A stretch of DNA of 60,249 bases, counting the filler. It is 7 parts of 7 records of this genome, joined end to end, with 100 filler letters (N's around TTAATTAATTAA, not from the genome) between each part and the next. Parts side by side here need not be neighbours in the genome. Positions count along the whole stretch, not along the records: positions 16,015 to 25,975 come from SRR31156797_19502; positions 26,076 to 35,248 come from SRR31156797_19512; 5 more parts are not named here. One strand, 5' to 3'. A model generated the notes under the pieces. It saw only the letters and a list, made by a program, of their open reading frames with translations, was not told the origin of the DNA and did not search any database. Positions 19,527 through 28,326 of this stretch are shown here, one piece after another. Made by a program: the position numbers and the translations under genes. Every line of letters begins with the position of its first letter. Position 1 is the stretch's first letter.

Positions 19527-20720
19527 TTAACCCGCATGGCCTTCGGGTCCCGCAATGACGTCAGTCAGCTTTTTCAACCCCCATTCCAGGCTGAATTTGT
19601 TGCCGCGACGCTCCCAAGCCTTGAGGATGACCAGGAACAGCGCCACAACCGCCAGCCCCAGAAGAAAAGCAGGAAGGGCGCCCATAAAATCAAATTCCGG
19701 ATACCGGCCCGTAAAAAAATACACGATCCACAGCGGCAGAGCAATAAGGGGGTAATGGATGAAATAGACGGTTAATGAATGCCGGCTCATGCGCTTAAAC
19801 CAGTTGGCAAATATCCCGGTTCGAGGAACAGTGCCTCTTCCATCGTAGTAAAAATACATCAAGGCAAACAGGACCAGGGCTTGCCCAACCTGAAGGTAAA
19901 CCATGGTGTTCGAATCGGGGAAAAGACTGAAAGGCGCGATATAATCCGTTATGTGAGACGATCCGGGCCGTAATAGGCCGGCATAGGCGGTGGTGAACGC
20001 AAGAAATATCAGAACAAAACCGATAATCAATAGAAAAGGCAGATCGCGTTTCATCTGTTTGGCCACCATACGCCGTCCGATCACGAAACCGATCAGCGGA
20101 AAGACAAGCCAGGGAAAAATGGGGAAGAATCCTGATAAAAAGAACCCCCGTATCATTTCGGGGAGCCGCCAGCTGGGCTCATATTCGCCTGCAGGGTCCA
20201 TCAGGATGCCCGGCAGGTAATCGGAAATAACGGGTGTTTGAATGAATTTCCCGCCCCAGTCGGCCGCAAAATCCACCGTACCCCGAAGCCATGGCGTCAT
20301 AAAGGCAATGACCGCAACCATGAGGAGAATAGTCCAGGAGGGTAAAAACCGGCAGAAATAAAGGACAATGTACGCAGAACCGATCAGTGTCAGGATATCC
20401 CAGTTCCACATATTCTTCGGACCCCAGGCCAGGGCGGCCATCAAGAGTCCTGCCGTAAACACATAGGTGCCGCGGAGAAAGGCCTTTTTCATCAGGTTGA
20501 TTTCGCCCATTTCTTTTTTCCGTTCGCCGGAAACCACCTGGCTCACCCCCACCAGCACCAGAAACCAGACCGCACCGAAATCGCCAAGGGCGTGGTCCAT
20601 AATGAAATAGAGAAGGCTTTCCGGCGCATGGGCATCCCCATATTCGAGCATGAAATGACAGACAACCATTCCTGTTAAGGAGAAACCTCTCAGAACATCA
20701 ATGGATATTATACGCTGCAT
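19527..20720 (-). CDS. DUF1624 / heparan-alpha-glucosaminide N-acetyltransferase-domain membrane protein (copy 1)
   Basis: Start reassigned to MQRIISIDVLRG (ATG 20720, AAGGTG RBS); colinear with its neighbour. Confidence 0.82.
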   Translation of the reverse strand: MQRIISIDVLRGFSLTGMVVCHFMLEYGDAHAPESLLYFIMDHALGDFGAVWFLVLVGVSQVVSGERKKEMGEINLMKKAFLRGTYVFTAGLLMAALAWGPKNMWNWDILTLIGSAYIVLYFCRFLPSWTILLMVAVIAFMTPWLRGTVDFAADWGGKFIQTPVISDYLPGILMDPAGEYEPSWRLPEMIRGFFLSGFFPIFPWLVFPLIGFVIGRRMVAKQMKRDLPFLLIIGFVLIFLAFTTAYAGLLRPGSSHITDYIAPFSLFPDSNTMVYLQVGQALVLFALMYFYYDGRGTVPRTGIFANWFKRMSRHSLTVYFIHYPLIALPLWIVYFFTGRYPEFDFMGALPAFLLGLAVVALFLVILKAWERRGNKFSLEWGLKKLTDVIAGPEGHAG

Positions 20721-21100
20721 AAGATCACCTTTTTTCTGCAAATCAATCGGTTGCCAGAGAATAAGGAAGGAAGAAATCAGGGTCAAGGGGGAAAAATTTG
20801 TATCAGAGCCTACTCTATGACACATATATGAGAACGACGATGAATGTATGGGTAGATCCCTACAAGATAAGAGCTCAGAAATGGACTTTGACACCGAATT
20901 TCCTGCACGATGAGAGTCAAAGATTATTATCATTAGATTGTGTAACGTCCCATATATGGACACAAAGCCTTCTGAATACTACCACAACATCTGGTGGTTA
21001 AACGGTATGTAATTAAAAGGTGTGATACTTGAATCGAGGCTGTAAATATTTGACATTATTGGACGCAATTTTTGCAGATTTGAAAGGTGGGAATAGCGTT

Positions 21101-22552
21101 TTATGACATTTCTTTTTGGGGGGGACGGTTGCTCACCGACGTTTCGATTTTGAGACCGAATTTATCAATCTTGGAATGAAGGGTCGGTCTTGAGAGGCCC
21201 AGGAGTTTGGCGGCCCGGGACCGATTGCCGCCAGTGAGGTTCAGAGCCTCACGAATCAGCATGGTGGCAAAGGTATCCATGCATGACTCGAACAGGTTTT
21301 CCGCACCCTTTGCGGTGAGGGCCTCATGGACCCATTTGGAGACGGCCTTTTCCGTTATATCACTGTCAGCGCTCCCATCCACTTCCATACCGCTGATGGC
21401 TTGGGCGATGTCCCCGGGTCGAAGGGGGGCGCCCCTGTTAAATATCAATGCTTTCTGCAGAGCGTTGCCCATCTCCCGCACGTTCCCCGGCCATGAATGA
21501 TCGGTTAAGGCCGAAATCGCCTCTTCCGTAATTCCGGGGTTATCCATGCCGAAGTCCGCGGCGGATCTGGACAGGAAATATTTTGACAGGAGTGGGATAT
21601 CGCCCGATCTCTCTCGAAGGGGCGGCAGAGAGATGGTGACGACCTTGAGGCGGTAGTAGAGGTCTTCACGAAAGCGCCCTTCTGAAAGGGCTCTTTCCAG
21701 GTTCCGATTGGTGGCGGCGATAATCCGCACATCCACGGGAATGGTGTCCCTCCCCCCCAAGCGCTCGATGCTTTTTTCCTGGAGAAGTCTCAATATTTTG
21801 GCCTGTATGCTGGACGGCATGTCGCCGATTTCATCCAGAAATACCGTCCCCCTGTTGGCCTGTTCAATTTTCCCCACACGCCGGTGGGATGCACCGGTAA
21901 AGGCCCCCTTTTCATATCCGAAAAGTTCGCTTTCCAGCAGGTTCTCGGGGATGGCAACACAGTTGATCACCAGAAACGGCTTCTCCGCCCGAAGGGAGTG
22001 CTGATATATGGCCCTGGCCGCCAACTCCTTCCCCGTACCCGATTCTCCCCGTATCAATACCGTTGCATCGGTGGGGGATACCCGTCCAATGGCTTTGTAA
22101 ACATCCTGCATCGGTTTGCTGCGGCCGATGATGACCTCCCGTGAAGCGTTGTCGGGGGCCGCGTTCATGTGGATTGGTGAGCGCATAAATCTCCCCGCCT
22201 CCAATGCCTGCCTTATGATGCCCAGCATTTCCGGGATATCAAAGGGTTTGAGGATATAATCAAAGGCCCCCATCTTAGTGGCTTGGATGGCGGTTTCGGT
22301 GGTCCCGAAGGCGGTCATGATGACAACCGGGAGTTTGGACTCCATTGCATGGATGCGTTTATAGGTTTCAAGACCGTTCATTCCGGGTAATCGCATATCC
22401 AGAATAACCAGATCCGGCATTTTCGATTTGATCAGGTTCAAACCCACTTCACCGGATGGGGCGCTGTCAACGGAATAACCCTCCTCTTTCAAAAGCTTCT
22501 GAAAGCTTGTCCGCAACTGGTCGTCGTCATCAATGATCAGAATCGTGCTCAT
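21101..22552 (-). CDS. NtrC-family sigma54-dependent response regulator
   Basis: Receiver domain, [14 protein letters not shown], Fis-type HTH. Confidence 0.95.
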   Translation of the reverse strand: MSTILIIDDDDQLRTSFQKLLKEEGYSVDSAPSGEVGLNLIKSKMPDLVILDMRLPGMNGLETYKRIHAMESKLPVVIMTAFGTTETAIQATKMGAFDYILKPFDIPEMLGIIRQALEAGRFMRSPIHMNAAPDNASREVIIGRSKPMQDVYKAIGRVSPTDATVLIRGESGTGKELAARAIYQHSLRAEKPFLVINCVAIPENLLESELFGYEKGAFTGASHRRVGKIEQANRGTVFLDEIGDMPSSIQAKILRLLQEKSIERLGGRDTIPVDVRIIAATNRNLERALSEGRFREDLYYRLKVVTISLPPLRERSGDIPLLSKYFLSRSAADFGMDNPGITEEAISALTDHSWPGNVREMGNALQKALIFNRGAPLRPGDIAQAISGMEVDGSADSDITEKAVSKWVHEALTAKGAENLFESCMDTFATMLIREALNLTGGNRSRAAKLLGLSRPTLHSKIDKFGLKIETSVSNRPPQKEMS

Positions 22553-22554
22553 GG

Positions 22555-24021
22555 TTAAGGCGCCTCCATGGGCAGGGTAATCACAAAGGTCGTTCCCTCC
22601 CCAATCCCTGAGATAAGCTCCAGCCTGCCCCCATGGCCTTCAATAATCCTGCTGGCGATGCTCAGGCCCAGGCCGGTTCCCTCCTCCTTGGTGGTGAAAA
22701 AGGGTTGAAAAACCTTTTCACGGATGGATTCCTGAATCCCCGGTCCGTTGTCGATTACCCGGATGATCACAACGGACCCAAAGGGTTCCCTGAACCCCTT
22801 CTCCTCATGGATAACAATCTCACCGCCCCCTTCCATTGCCTCACAGGCATTTTCCAGGAGGTTGATGAGCAACTCTTTCAACTGTTCCGGATCCACCTGG
22901 ATTTCAGGAAGGACCGCCGGACGATCGACGGTAGCGGTCACATTGTAGGATTCAAGACGGTGCCGAAGCAGTTGAAGGACCAGGTCTACCACTTCCGATG
23001 GGCTGATTTTCTGGGTCTTGAGCTTGGGCGGACGGGAAAATTCAAGGAAGTTCTGCACAATGGTATCCACATGACGAATTTCTTCGGAAATTACCTCAAA
23101 ATCATCTTTTTGGGTGTTTGAGAGTTCAAGGGTTCTGTTAAGCGAGAAAAGACGCATTTTTACGGAGGTAAGGGGGTTTCGAATACTGTGAGCCATTCCC
23201 GCCGCCAGCTTTCCAACCGACGCCATTTTCTCCGCCTGCAGGAGCGTTTCCTGGCTCCTTTCCAGTGCGGCCTGGGTATGGCCCGCGTTTTTGATAAGCC
23301 CCCGCACGCTTCGGCTCAGGACATTGACTTCATCCCCCCTGCTGTTCGCATGCCGGTCCGCCTCCAAAGCCAATCTGCGAATAGGGATCAAAATCTGCTG
23401 AGTCAAGACAAATGCCAGAAGTATACCCAGAATCAGGGCGGTCAATATGGCCGTCCCGGCAACATATCTGAGATTTCTGGACTGCAGAAGACTTTCCCTC
23501 TGCACAGACTCGATGGCGCTTTTGTGAAGGCCTTTGTAGGCTTCACACAGATCAAGAATACTGAAAAAGCGATTTCGCACCTTTTTGTGAAGGTTGGCGC
23601 CCGTTTCACGGTCCCCTTCTTTGTAATGTAAGATCACCTGATCTTTAATCAGAACATAACGGCCATATTCCGCTTCGATCCGTGAGAGGGTTTGTTTTTG
23701 ATGTTCGGTATTGGCCAGGGTCTTTGTTTTCTCAAGCCGTTCCTTGAAAATCTGGCGGTATTCACCCAATTGTCTCAGCCAGTCCGGATCGCCATCCAGA
23801 AAATAGTACGAAACAAACCCCTTTTGATTTACAAGGGCGATCTCCAGCCCTTCAGCGGAATAAAGGGTCGCCATATTCTTAGAAATGATATTGGTCAGGA
23901 GCACTTCCATTCGGTATGTATACCATACCATCACAAGACCGCCCATGATGGTAACGAACACCAGTGCGGCCAGGAGCAGGTAGATTCGTGTACGCAGGTT
24001 AATCATATTCACTGTAACCAC
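22555..24021 (-). CDS. Membrane sensor histidine kinase (four-helix periplasmic sensor)
   Basis: Two TM segments; AHSIRNPL; NLLENA; DNGPG; GTGLGL. Confidence 0.92.
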   Translation of the reverse strand: MVTVNMINLRTRIYLLLAALVFVTIMGGLVMVWYTYRMEVLLTNIISKNMATLYSAEGLEIALVNQKGFVSYYFLDGDPDWLRQLGEYRQIFKERLEKTKTLANTEHQKQTLSRIEAEYGRYVLIKDQVILHYKEGDRETGANLHKKVRNRFFSILDLCEAYKGLHKSAIESVQRESLLQSRNLRYVAGTAILTALILGILLAFVLTQQILIPIRRLALEADRHANSRGDEVNVLSRSVRGLIKNAGHTQAALERSQETLLQAEKMASVGKLAAGMAHSIRNPLTSVKMRLFSLNRTLELSNTQKDDFEVISEEIRHVDTIVQNFLEFSRPPKLKTQKISPSEVVDLVLQLLRHRLESYNVTATVDRPAVLPEIQVDPEQLKELLINLLENACEAMEGGGEIVIHEEKGFREPFGSVVIIRVIDNGPGIQESIREKVFQPFFTTKEEGTGLGLSIASRIIEGHGGRLELISGIGEGTTFVITLPMEAP

Positions 24022-24025
24022 CTTT

Positions 24026-24400
24026 TCACCGCTTCAGCATTTTCGCTACCACTTTTTTAATCCGCTCGACGCTGTTTCCCCGTTTTTCCACAAAGACCGC
24101 AGAGATAACGGCTTCCGGAAAATTAACACGATCCGTCCGGAATGAATGAAGCACCACCGGCAGTTGGGGGATGCGGTCTTTGAGCTTCTCAAATACCTCT
24201 ACCTCCCCGGCATCCGGTAAATCCAGGTCAAAGATAAGGAGGTCGATGGGCGTCTGGCTGAAGACCCGTTTTAATACTTCCCGGCTGTCTTTTGCCTGAA
24301 AGATACGGTAGCCTTCAGCCATCATCTCTCTCTTCAAGAGCCCTCTCACATTAGGATTACGGTCCGCCACCAAAATAGTGAATGGTTCTTTGTTTTCCAA
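24026..24400 (-). CDS. Single-domain atypical receiver protein
   Basis: TILVADRNPNVR, DLLIFDLDLPD, LPVVLHS. Confidence 0.75.
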   Translation of the reverse strand: MENKEPFTILVADRNPNVRGLLKREMMAEGYRIFQAKDSREVLKRVFSQTPIDLLIFDLDLPDAGEVEVFEKLKDRIPQLPVVLHSFRTDRVNFPEAVISAVFVEKRGNSVERIKKVVAKMLKR

Positions 24401-24436
24401 AGGATTTCCCCATGCTTCATTTAGGGTTAAATGGTG

Positions 24437-24880
24437 TCAGAAAGTACCGCCGCTTTTTCTCATTAGAAGCTTGGCTTCAGCCCGCCTGATTCTTTCTTCC
24501 TGTTCGTCCTTTCTCTTTCTGGCGCCCTGTAATTTAGCGGTCAGATCGTCGAAATCGGCCGGTTTCATGAGATAATCAAAGGCGCCCAATCTCATGCCCT
24601 CAACGGCGGTTTCGGTGCTGCCGTGTCCGGTCAGCATGATGACTTCCACCAATGGAAATCGTTTTCTGATCTCTCCCAATGTTTCCATTCCATCCATGCC
24701 GGGCATCTTGATATCCAGGACAACCACATCGATATTGTTTTCTTCCAAAATATCGAGACATCCTTTTCCGCTATATGCGGCGGAAACCTTTTCACCGGCC
24801 TCCTGCAATCTTAAAGAAAGCATTTCCACAAAGTCTTTTTCGTCATCCACCAAAAGTACTTTTGTCGGTATTCTGACCAT
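24437..24880 (-). CDS. Single-domain response regulator
   Basis: VLLVDDE, DIKMPGMDG, MLTGHG, DYLMKP. Confidence 0.92.
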   Translation of the reverse strand: MVRIPTKVLLVDDEKDFVEMLSLRLQEAGEKVSAAYSGKGCLDILEENNIDVVVLDIKMPGMDGMETLGEIRKRFPLVEVIMLTGHGSTETAVEGMRLGAFDYLMKPADFDDLTAKLQGARKRKDEQEERIRRAEAKLLMRKSGGTF

Positions 24881-24969
24881 GGTATATTTTCCCTCCTTTT
24901 GTTCTTAAGCAGTCTCCCACAAAAGAGTCCGAAGCATCCTTATTTAAATTCAACACCCTGAATTATGAA

Positions 24970-25975
24970 TCACTTTGTTCCCGGATCAACTTCCTTATGG
25001 GGATATGTGGGAAGTTTTATAGAAAAGCTGGTTCCCAGGCCCAACCGGCTCTCCACGTCCATTTCTCCACCCAGTTTATCGATGATGCTGCGGGTTACAA
25101 AGAGTCCAAGGCCTGTCCCTTCACCCGGCGGTTTTGTACTGAAGAACGGCTCGAAAATTTTTTTAAGGTGTTCACGGGGGATACCCTGGCCCGTATCTTG
25201 AATGGTGAGGGCCACCTGATTATCACCAGGCGTGGACGTTACCGTGATCCTGCCCCCGGGTTCGGTGGCATGAACCGCATTGGTTAAAATGTTGATCAAA
25301 ACCTGTCTCAATTTATAAGGGTCGGTCCATAGGGCGCCGATACCCGGATCAATCTCCTGAACAATTTCAACCCCTTTATTGACAGCCTCTTTTTGGATCA
25401 AAACCACGGTTTCTTCCAATAATTTCTTTAAATCCACCTCGGAAAGGGTCGAATCCGTTTGTTTTACGGATCCCAGGAGTTGATGGGTAATCCGCCGGGC
25501 CCTTTCCACCCCTTTTTCTATTTTGTCCAGGGCCATTTCAAAATCGGCCTTCCTTGGCATGCCGGCGAGTTCATCTTTGGTGAGGATAGATTTCATCCAA
25601 CCCGCGGATTCCCGGATAATGGCCAAAGGATTATTGATTTCATGGGCCACCCCGGCGGCCAGGGTACCCAAAGCGGCCAATCTTTCGGTGGCGATCATCT
25701 GCTGCTCCATTTTGGCCCTGAAGTCTTCCTCCCTTTGTTTTTCCTCCCGCCTGACGCGTTTTTCATGGGCCTGCCTGACTTTGCCTAACAGATGTTCCAA
25801 CTCTATGGGTTTACTGAGATAATCGAATGCCCCCGTCTTAATGCCGTCCACGCCGTCCTGTGTCGTGGCATGACCTGTCAGCATGATGACCTCGATCCCG
25901 GGATGTTCCTTTTTGATATGATGAAGGGTCTCAATACCGTCCATGCCCGGCATTTTTACATCCAGAACAACCACA
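24970..25975 (-). CDS. Receiver-histidine kinase hybrid, 5'-truncated
   Basis: Receiver followed by AHEINNPL, NILTNA, DTGQG, GTGLGL. Confidence 0.9.
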
Positions 25976-26075
25976 NNNNNNNNNNNNNNNNNNNNNNNNN
26001 NNNNNNNNNNNNNNNNNNNTTAATTAATTAANNNNNNNNNNNNNNNNNNNNNNNNNNNNNNNNNNNNNNNNNNNN
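25976..26075. other. Artificial contig linker
   Basis: N44-TTAATTAATTAA-N44. Confidence 0.98.
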
Positions 26076-26753
26076 TGGACATACTGAATATGGCATTGCA
26101 CGGCTCACTGGATCTTTCAGCCATGACATTGCAAAGTATCACCACATTTCGCAGGGATATGATGACAGCCGCGCTCGATGTCTCTCCTTACCTGGTGACC
26201 GGAGTGGAGTCTTTCTGGTAGTGAGCTATGATATCAGCGATGATCACATGGTGTATGCAGGGGTGAACAGAAGTTTTCTGCCCGGCGGGTTTAACCGGTA
26301 TGAGACATCCGGCTTGGGGAACTATACCTATTTCCCAATTTGACGGGAATTGCTTCATTGGGATATACCCATGCGGAATTTGATGAATACAAATCTGCGG
26401 AATTCATCGGGGCTTCCTTCCAGGAGGTGGACTACTCAGGTAATACCGTCCAGTTTACCCCTGAACAGACAGCGGATTTCTCACTTGTGTACCGCAACAA
26501 AAACGGGTTTATGGGACAGGCCGGGGTGCTGTATACCGATAAGATGTACTGGGATTCGGGCAATACAAAATCCAGTGATGGGGTAACAACGGTGAACGCC
26601 AAACTGGGCTATGAATGCGAGTCCTTTGATATCTATTTGTACGCCGCCAATCTTTTTGATAAACGGTATGCCACGGTCTATGAACCAGTTTCCGACTATA
26701 CCCTGGTTGCGCCGCCCCGTGAATTGGGGCTGAAACTGGTGTACCGCTGGTAA
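26076..26753 (+). pseudogene. TonB-dependent receptor remnant with internal deletions and frameshifts
   Basis: Three abutting pieces with frame changes between them: ..MTLQSITTFRR..W*; VSYDISDDHMVYAGVNRSFLPGGFN..*; ASLGYTHAEFD...LYAANLFDK...PRELGLKLVYRW. Confidence 0.75.
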
Positions 26754-26799
26754 GTCCCGCCATTCATAAGTTCAGTTTTTGTTATATCAGGATATCGGT

Positions 26800-26834
26800 G
26801 AAAGCGCAGTTGGCATGTTGTCAACTGCGCTTTC
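26800..26834 (+). terminator. Long hairpin downstream of the receptor remnant
   Basis: GAAAGCGCAGTTGGCA-TGT-TGTCAACTGCGCTTTC. Confidence 0.6.
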
Positions 26835-27038
26835 CTGATTGTTATGCCTGTGTCTGTATGATTTTCCTAAAAACGGGCCGGAATCCGGTCCGTCCCGTAA
26901 TGAAGCCCATGAAAGATGTCAATGGTGAAAAAAAATGTTGTGCAAAAATAAAAACATTATGTATAACGAATTTTGTTTTTGAGATATGTTTTTAGGATGG
27001 AGAACCGTCCTTGGAGAGAATAAGAATCGGAGAGCCGG

Positions 27039-28031
27039 ATGATGCAGGATATCATGGAGCTGGGTAAATGGACCCAGGAAGGCCAAAAACAAAGCCAGAT
27101 TTGGCATTTGTCGGACCGTATCGGAAAAGGTTTCATGAAACAGACTGAAATCAGGCCCGGCATGACCCTGACCCGTCACAATCGTTATTTCTTCAATCAT
27201 AAAAAGGCGAAAATCGAATGCCATGACCCGGCGTTCTCTTTCTATTATTGTCTTTCCGGCATCGAGCGGTTGAAAATTTCAGGCTGTGGGCAGGACACGG
27301 TGATCCGCCAGGGGCAAAGCGGCATCACCATGAAAGGAAAAGGCCTCAAAGGCACCACTGAAACCCCGTCCCGGGAACAATATAACGTTATTTCCGTTGA
27401 GCTTCCCCGTTCCTTTCTTTCCGGGGGTACCGATGAACATGATGGCGGGTTTTTAAAAATTTTCAATCGGATCTGCGCAGGGGAAGGCCCGGGGTTTTAC
27501 AATCGGTCCATGCCCGCAAGTCCCCAGACACGGGTTGTTGCGGAACAGTTGATGAATACCACCTTTTCAGGCCCGGCCAGGCAGATATACCTGGAAGGCA
27601 AGGTTCTGGAATTTATCGCACACATGATGATGGCACTGGATGACAAGGGCCCCGGCCCGGGGCCCCATGTCCGTTTACGATCCGGGGATATGGAGCGGAT
27701 CTATTCCGCCAGGGACCTTCTGCGCAAGGACCTGGCCCATCCGCCGTCCCTTTTTGAACTGGCCCGGACCGTGGGGATGAACCATTTTAAATTGAACCGC
27801 GGATTCAAGGAGGTGTTTGGAAACACCGTATTCGGCCATCTCCGGGAATTGCGGCTGGAAAAGGCAAAACAACTCCTCATGAAGGGGAATATGAATGTAA
27901 CCGAAGTCTCCCTTTGTGTGGGATATTCCTGCCTGAGTCATTTTGCAAAGGTGTTCAAGGCGCAATATGGCGCCAGTCCCGGCGCTTTCCTGGGACGCAT
28001 CTATCCCGCCGGCAGTATAACCCGTCACTGA
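27039..28031 (+). CDS. AraC-family regulator, PchR/YbtA-like
   Basis: YLEGKVLE, PPSLFELARTVGMN..KLNRGFKEVFG, VGYSCLSHFAKVFK. Confidence 0.9.
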   Translation: MMQDIMELGKWTQEGQKQSQIWHLSDRIGKGFMKQTEIRPGMTLTRHNRYFFNHKKAKIECHDPAFSFYYCLSGIERLKISGCGQDTVIRQGQSGITMKGKGLKGTTETPSREQYNVISVELPRSFLSGGTDEHDGGFLKIFNRICAGEGPGFYNRSMPASPQTRVVAEQLMNTTFSGPARQIYLEGKVLEFIAHMMMALDDKGPGPGPHVRLRSGDMERIYSARDLLRKDLAHPPSLFELARTVGMNHFKLNRGFKEVFGNTVFGHLRELRLEKAKQLLMKGNMNVTEVSLCVGYSCLSHFAKVFKAQYGASPGAFLGRIYPAGSITRH

Positions 28032-28053
28032 CAGGCATCCCGTTTCGATAAAA

Positions 28054-28086
28054 CCGGTCATGCCATGCAGCCCATGGCATGACCGG
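28054..28086. other. Perfect 14-bp inverted repeat between the AraC and receptor genes
   Basis: CCGGTCATGCCATG-CAGCC-CATGGCATGACCGG; no U-tract. Confidence 0.6.
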
Positions 28087-28326
28087 CCCCCCTGTCGTAC
28101 CGTTCCTCCCATGGACGGCAGCCGCTGCCTGTCCTTGCCGTTTTTTGCCATATAAATTCATTTCGCATCCAAAATAGTGCATTTGGCATTAGTTCGTCTG
28201 AAATATGTTTGCTATACCAAATCGCGAGCGCGTTGTCATGGAACCGTTCTTGTATGGGGGCTGGCCGGGAGACCTCCCCGTACTTTCGCGGTTCCTCCAT
28301 AAAAAAAGATGAAAAAAGGAAAAGAG

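Noticed and set aside
20737-20757. Possible sigma54 promoter TGGCAACCGATTGATTTGCA (minus strand)
   Set aside because: GG-GC spacing is wrong and it lies too close to the start codon.
20721-20963. Extended N-terminus of the DUF1624 copy 1 ORF
   Set aside because: Paralogue alignment and the RBS place the start at 20720.
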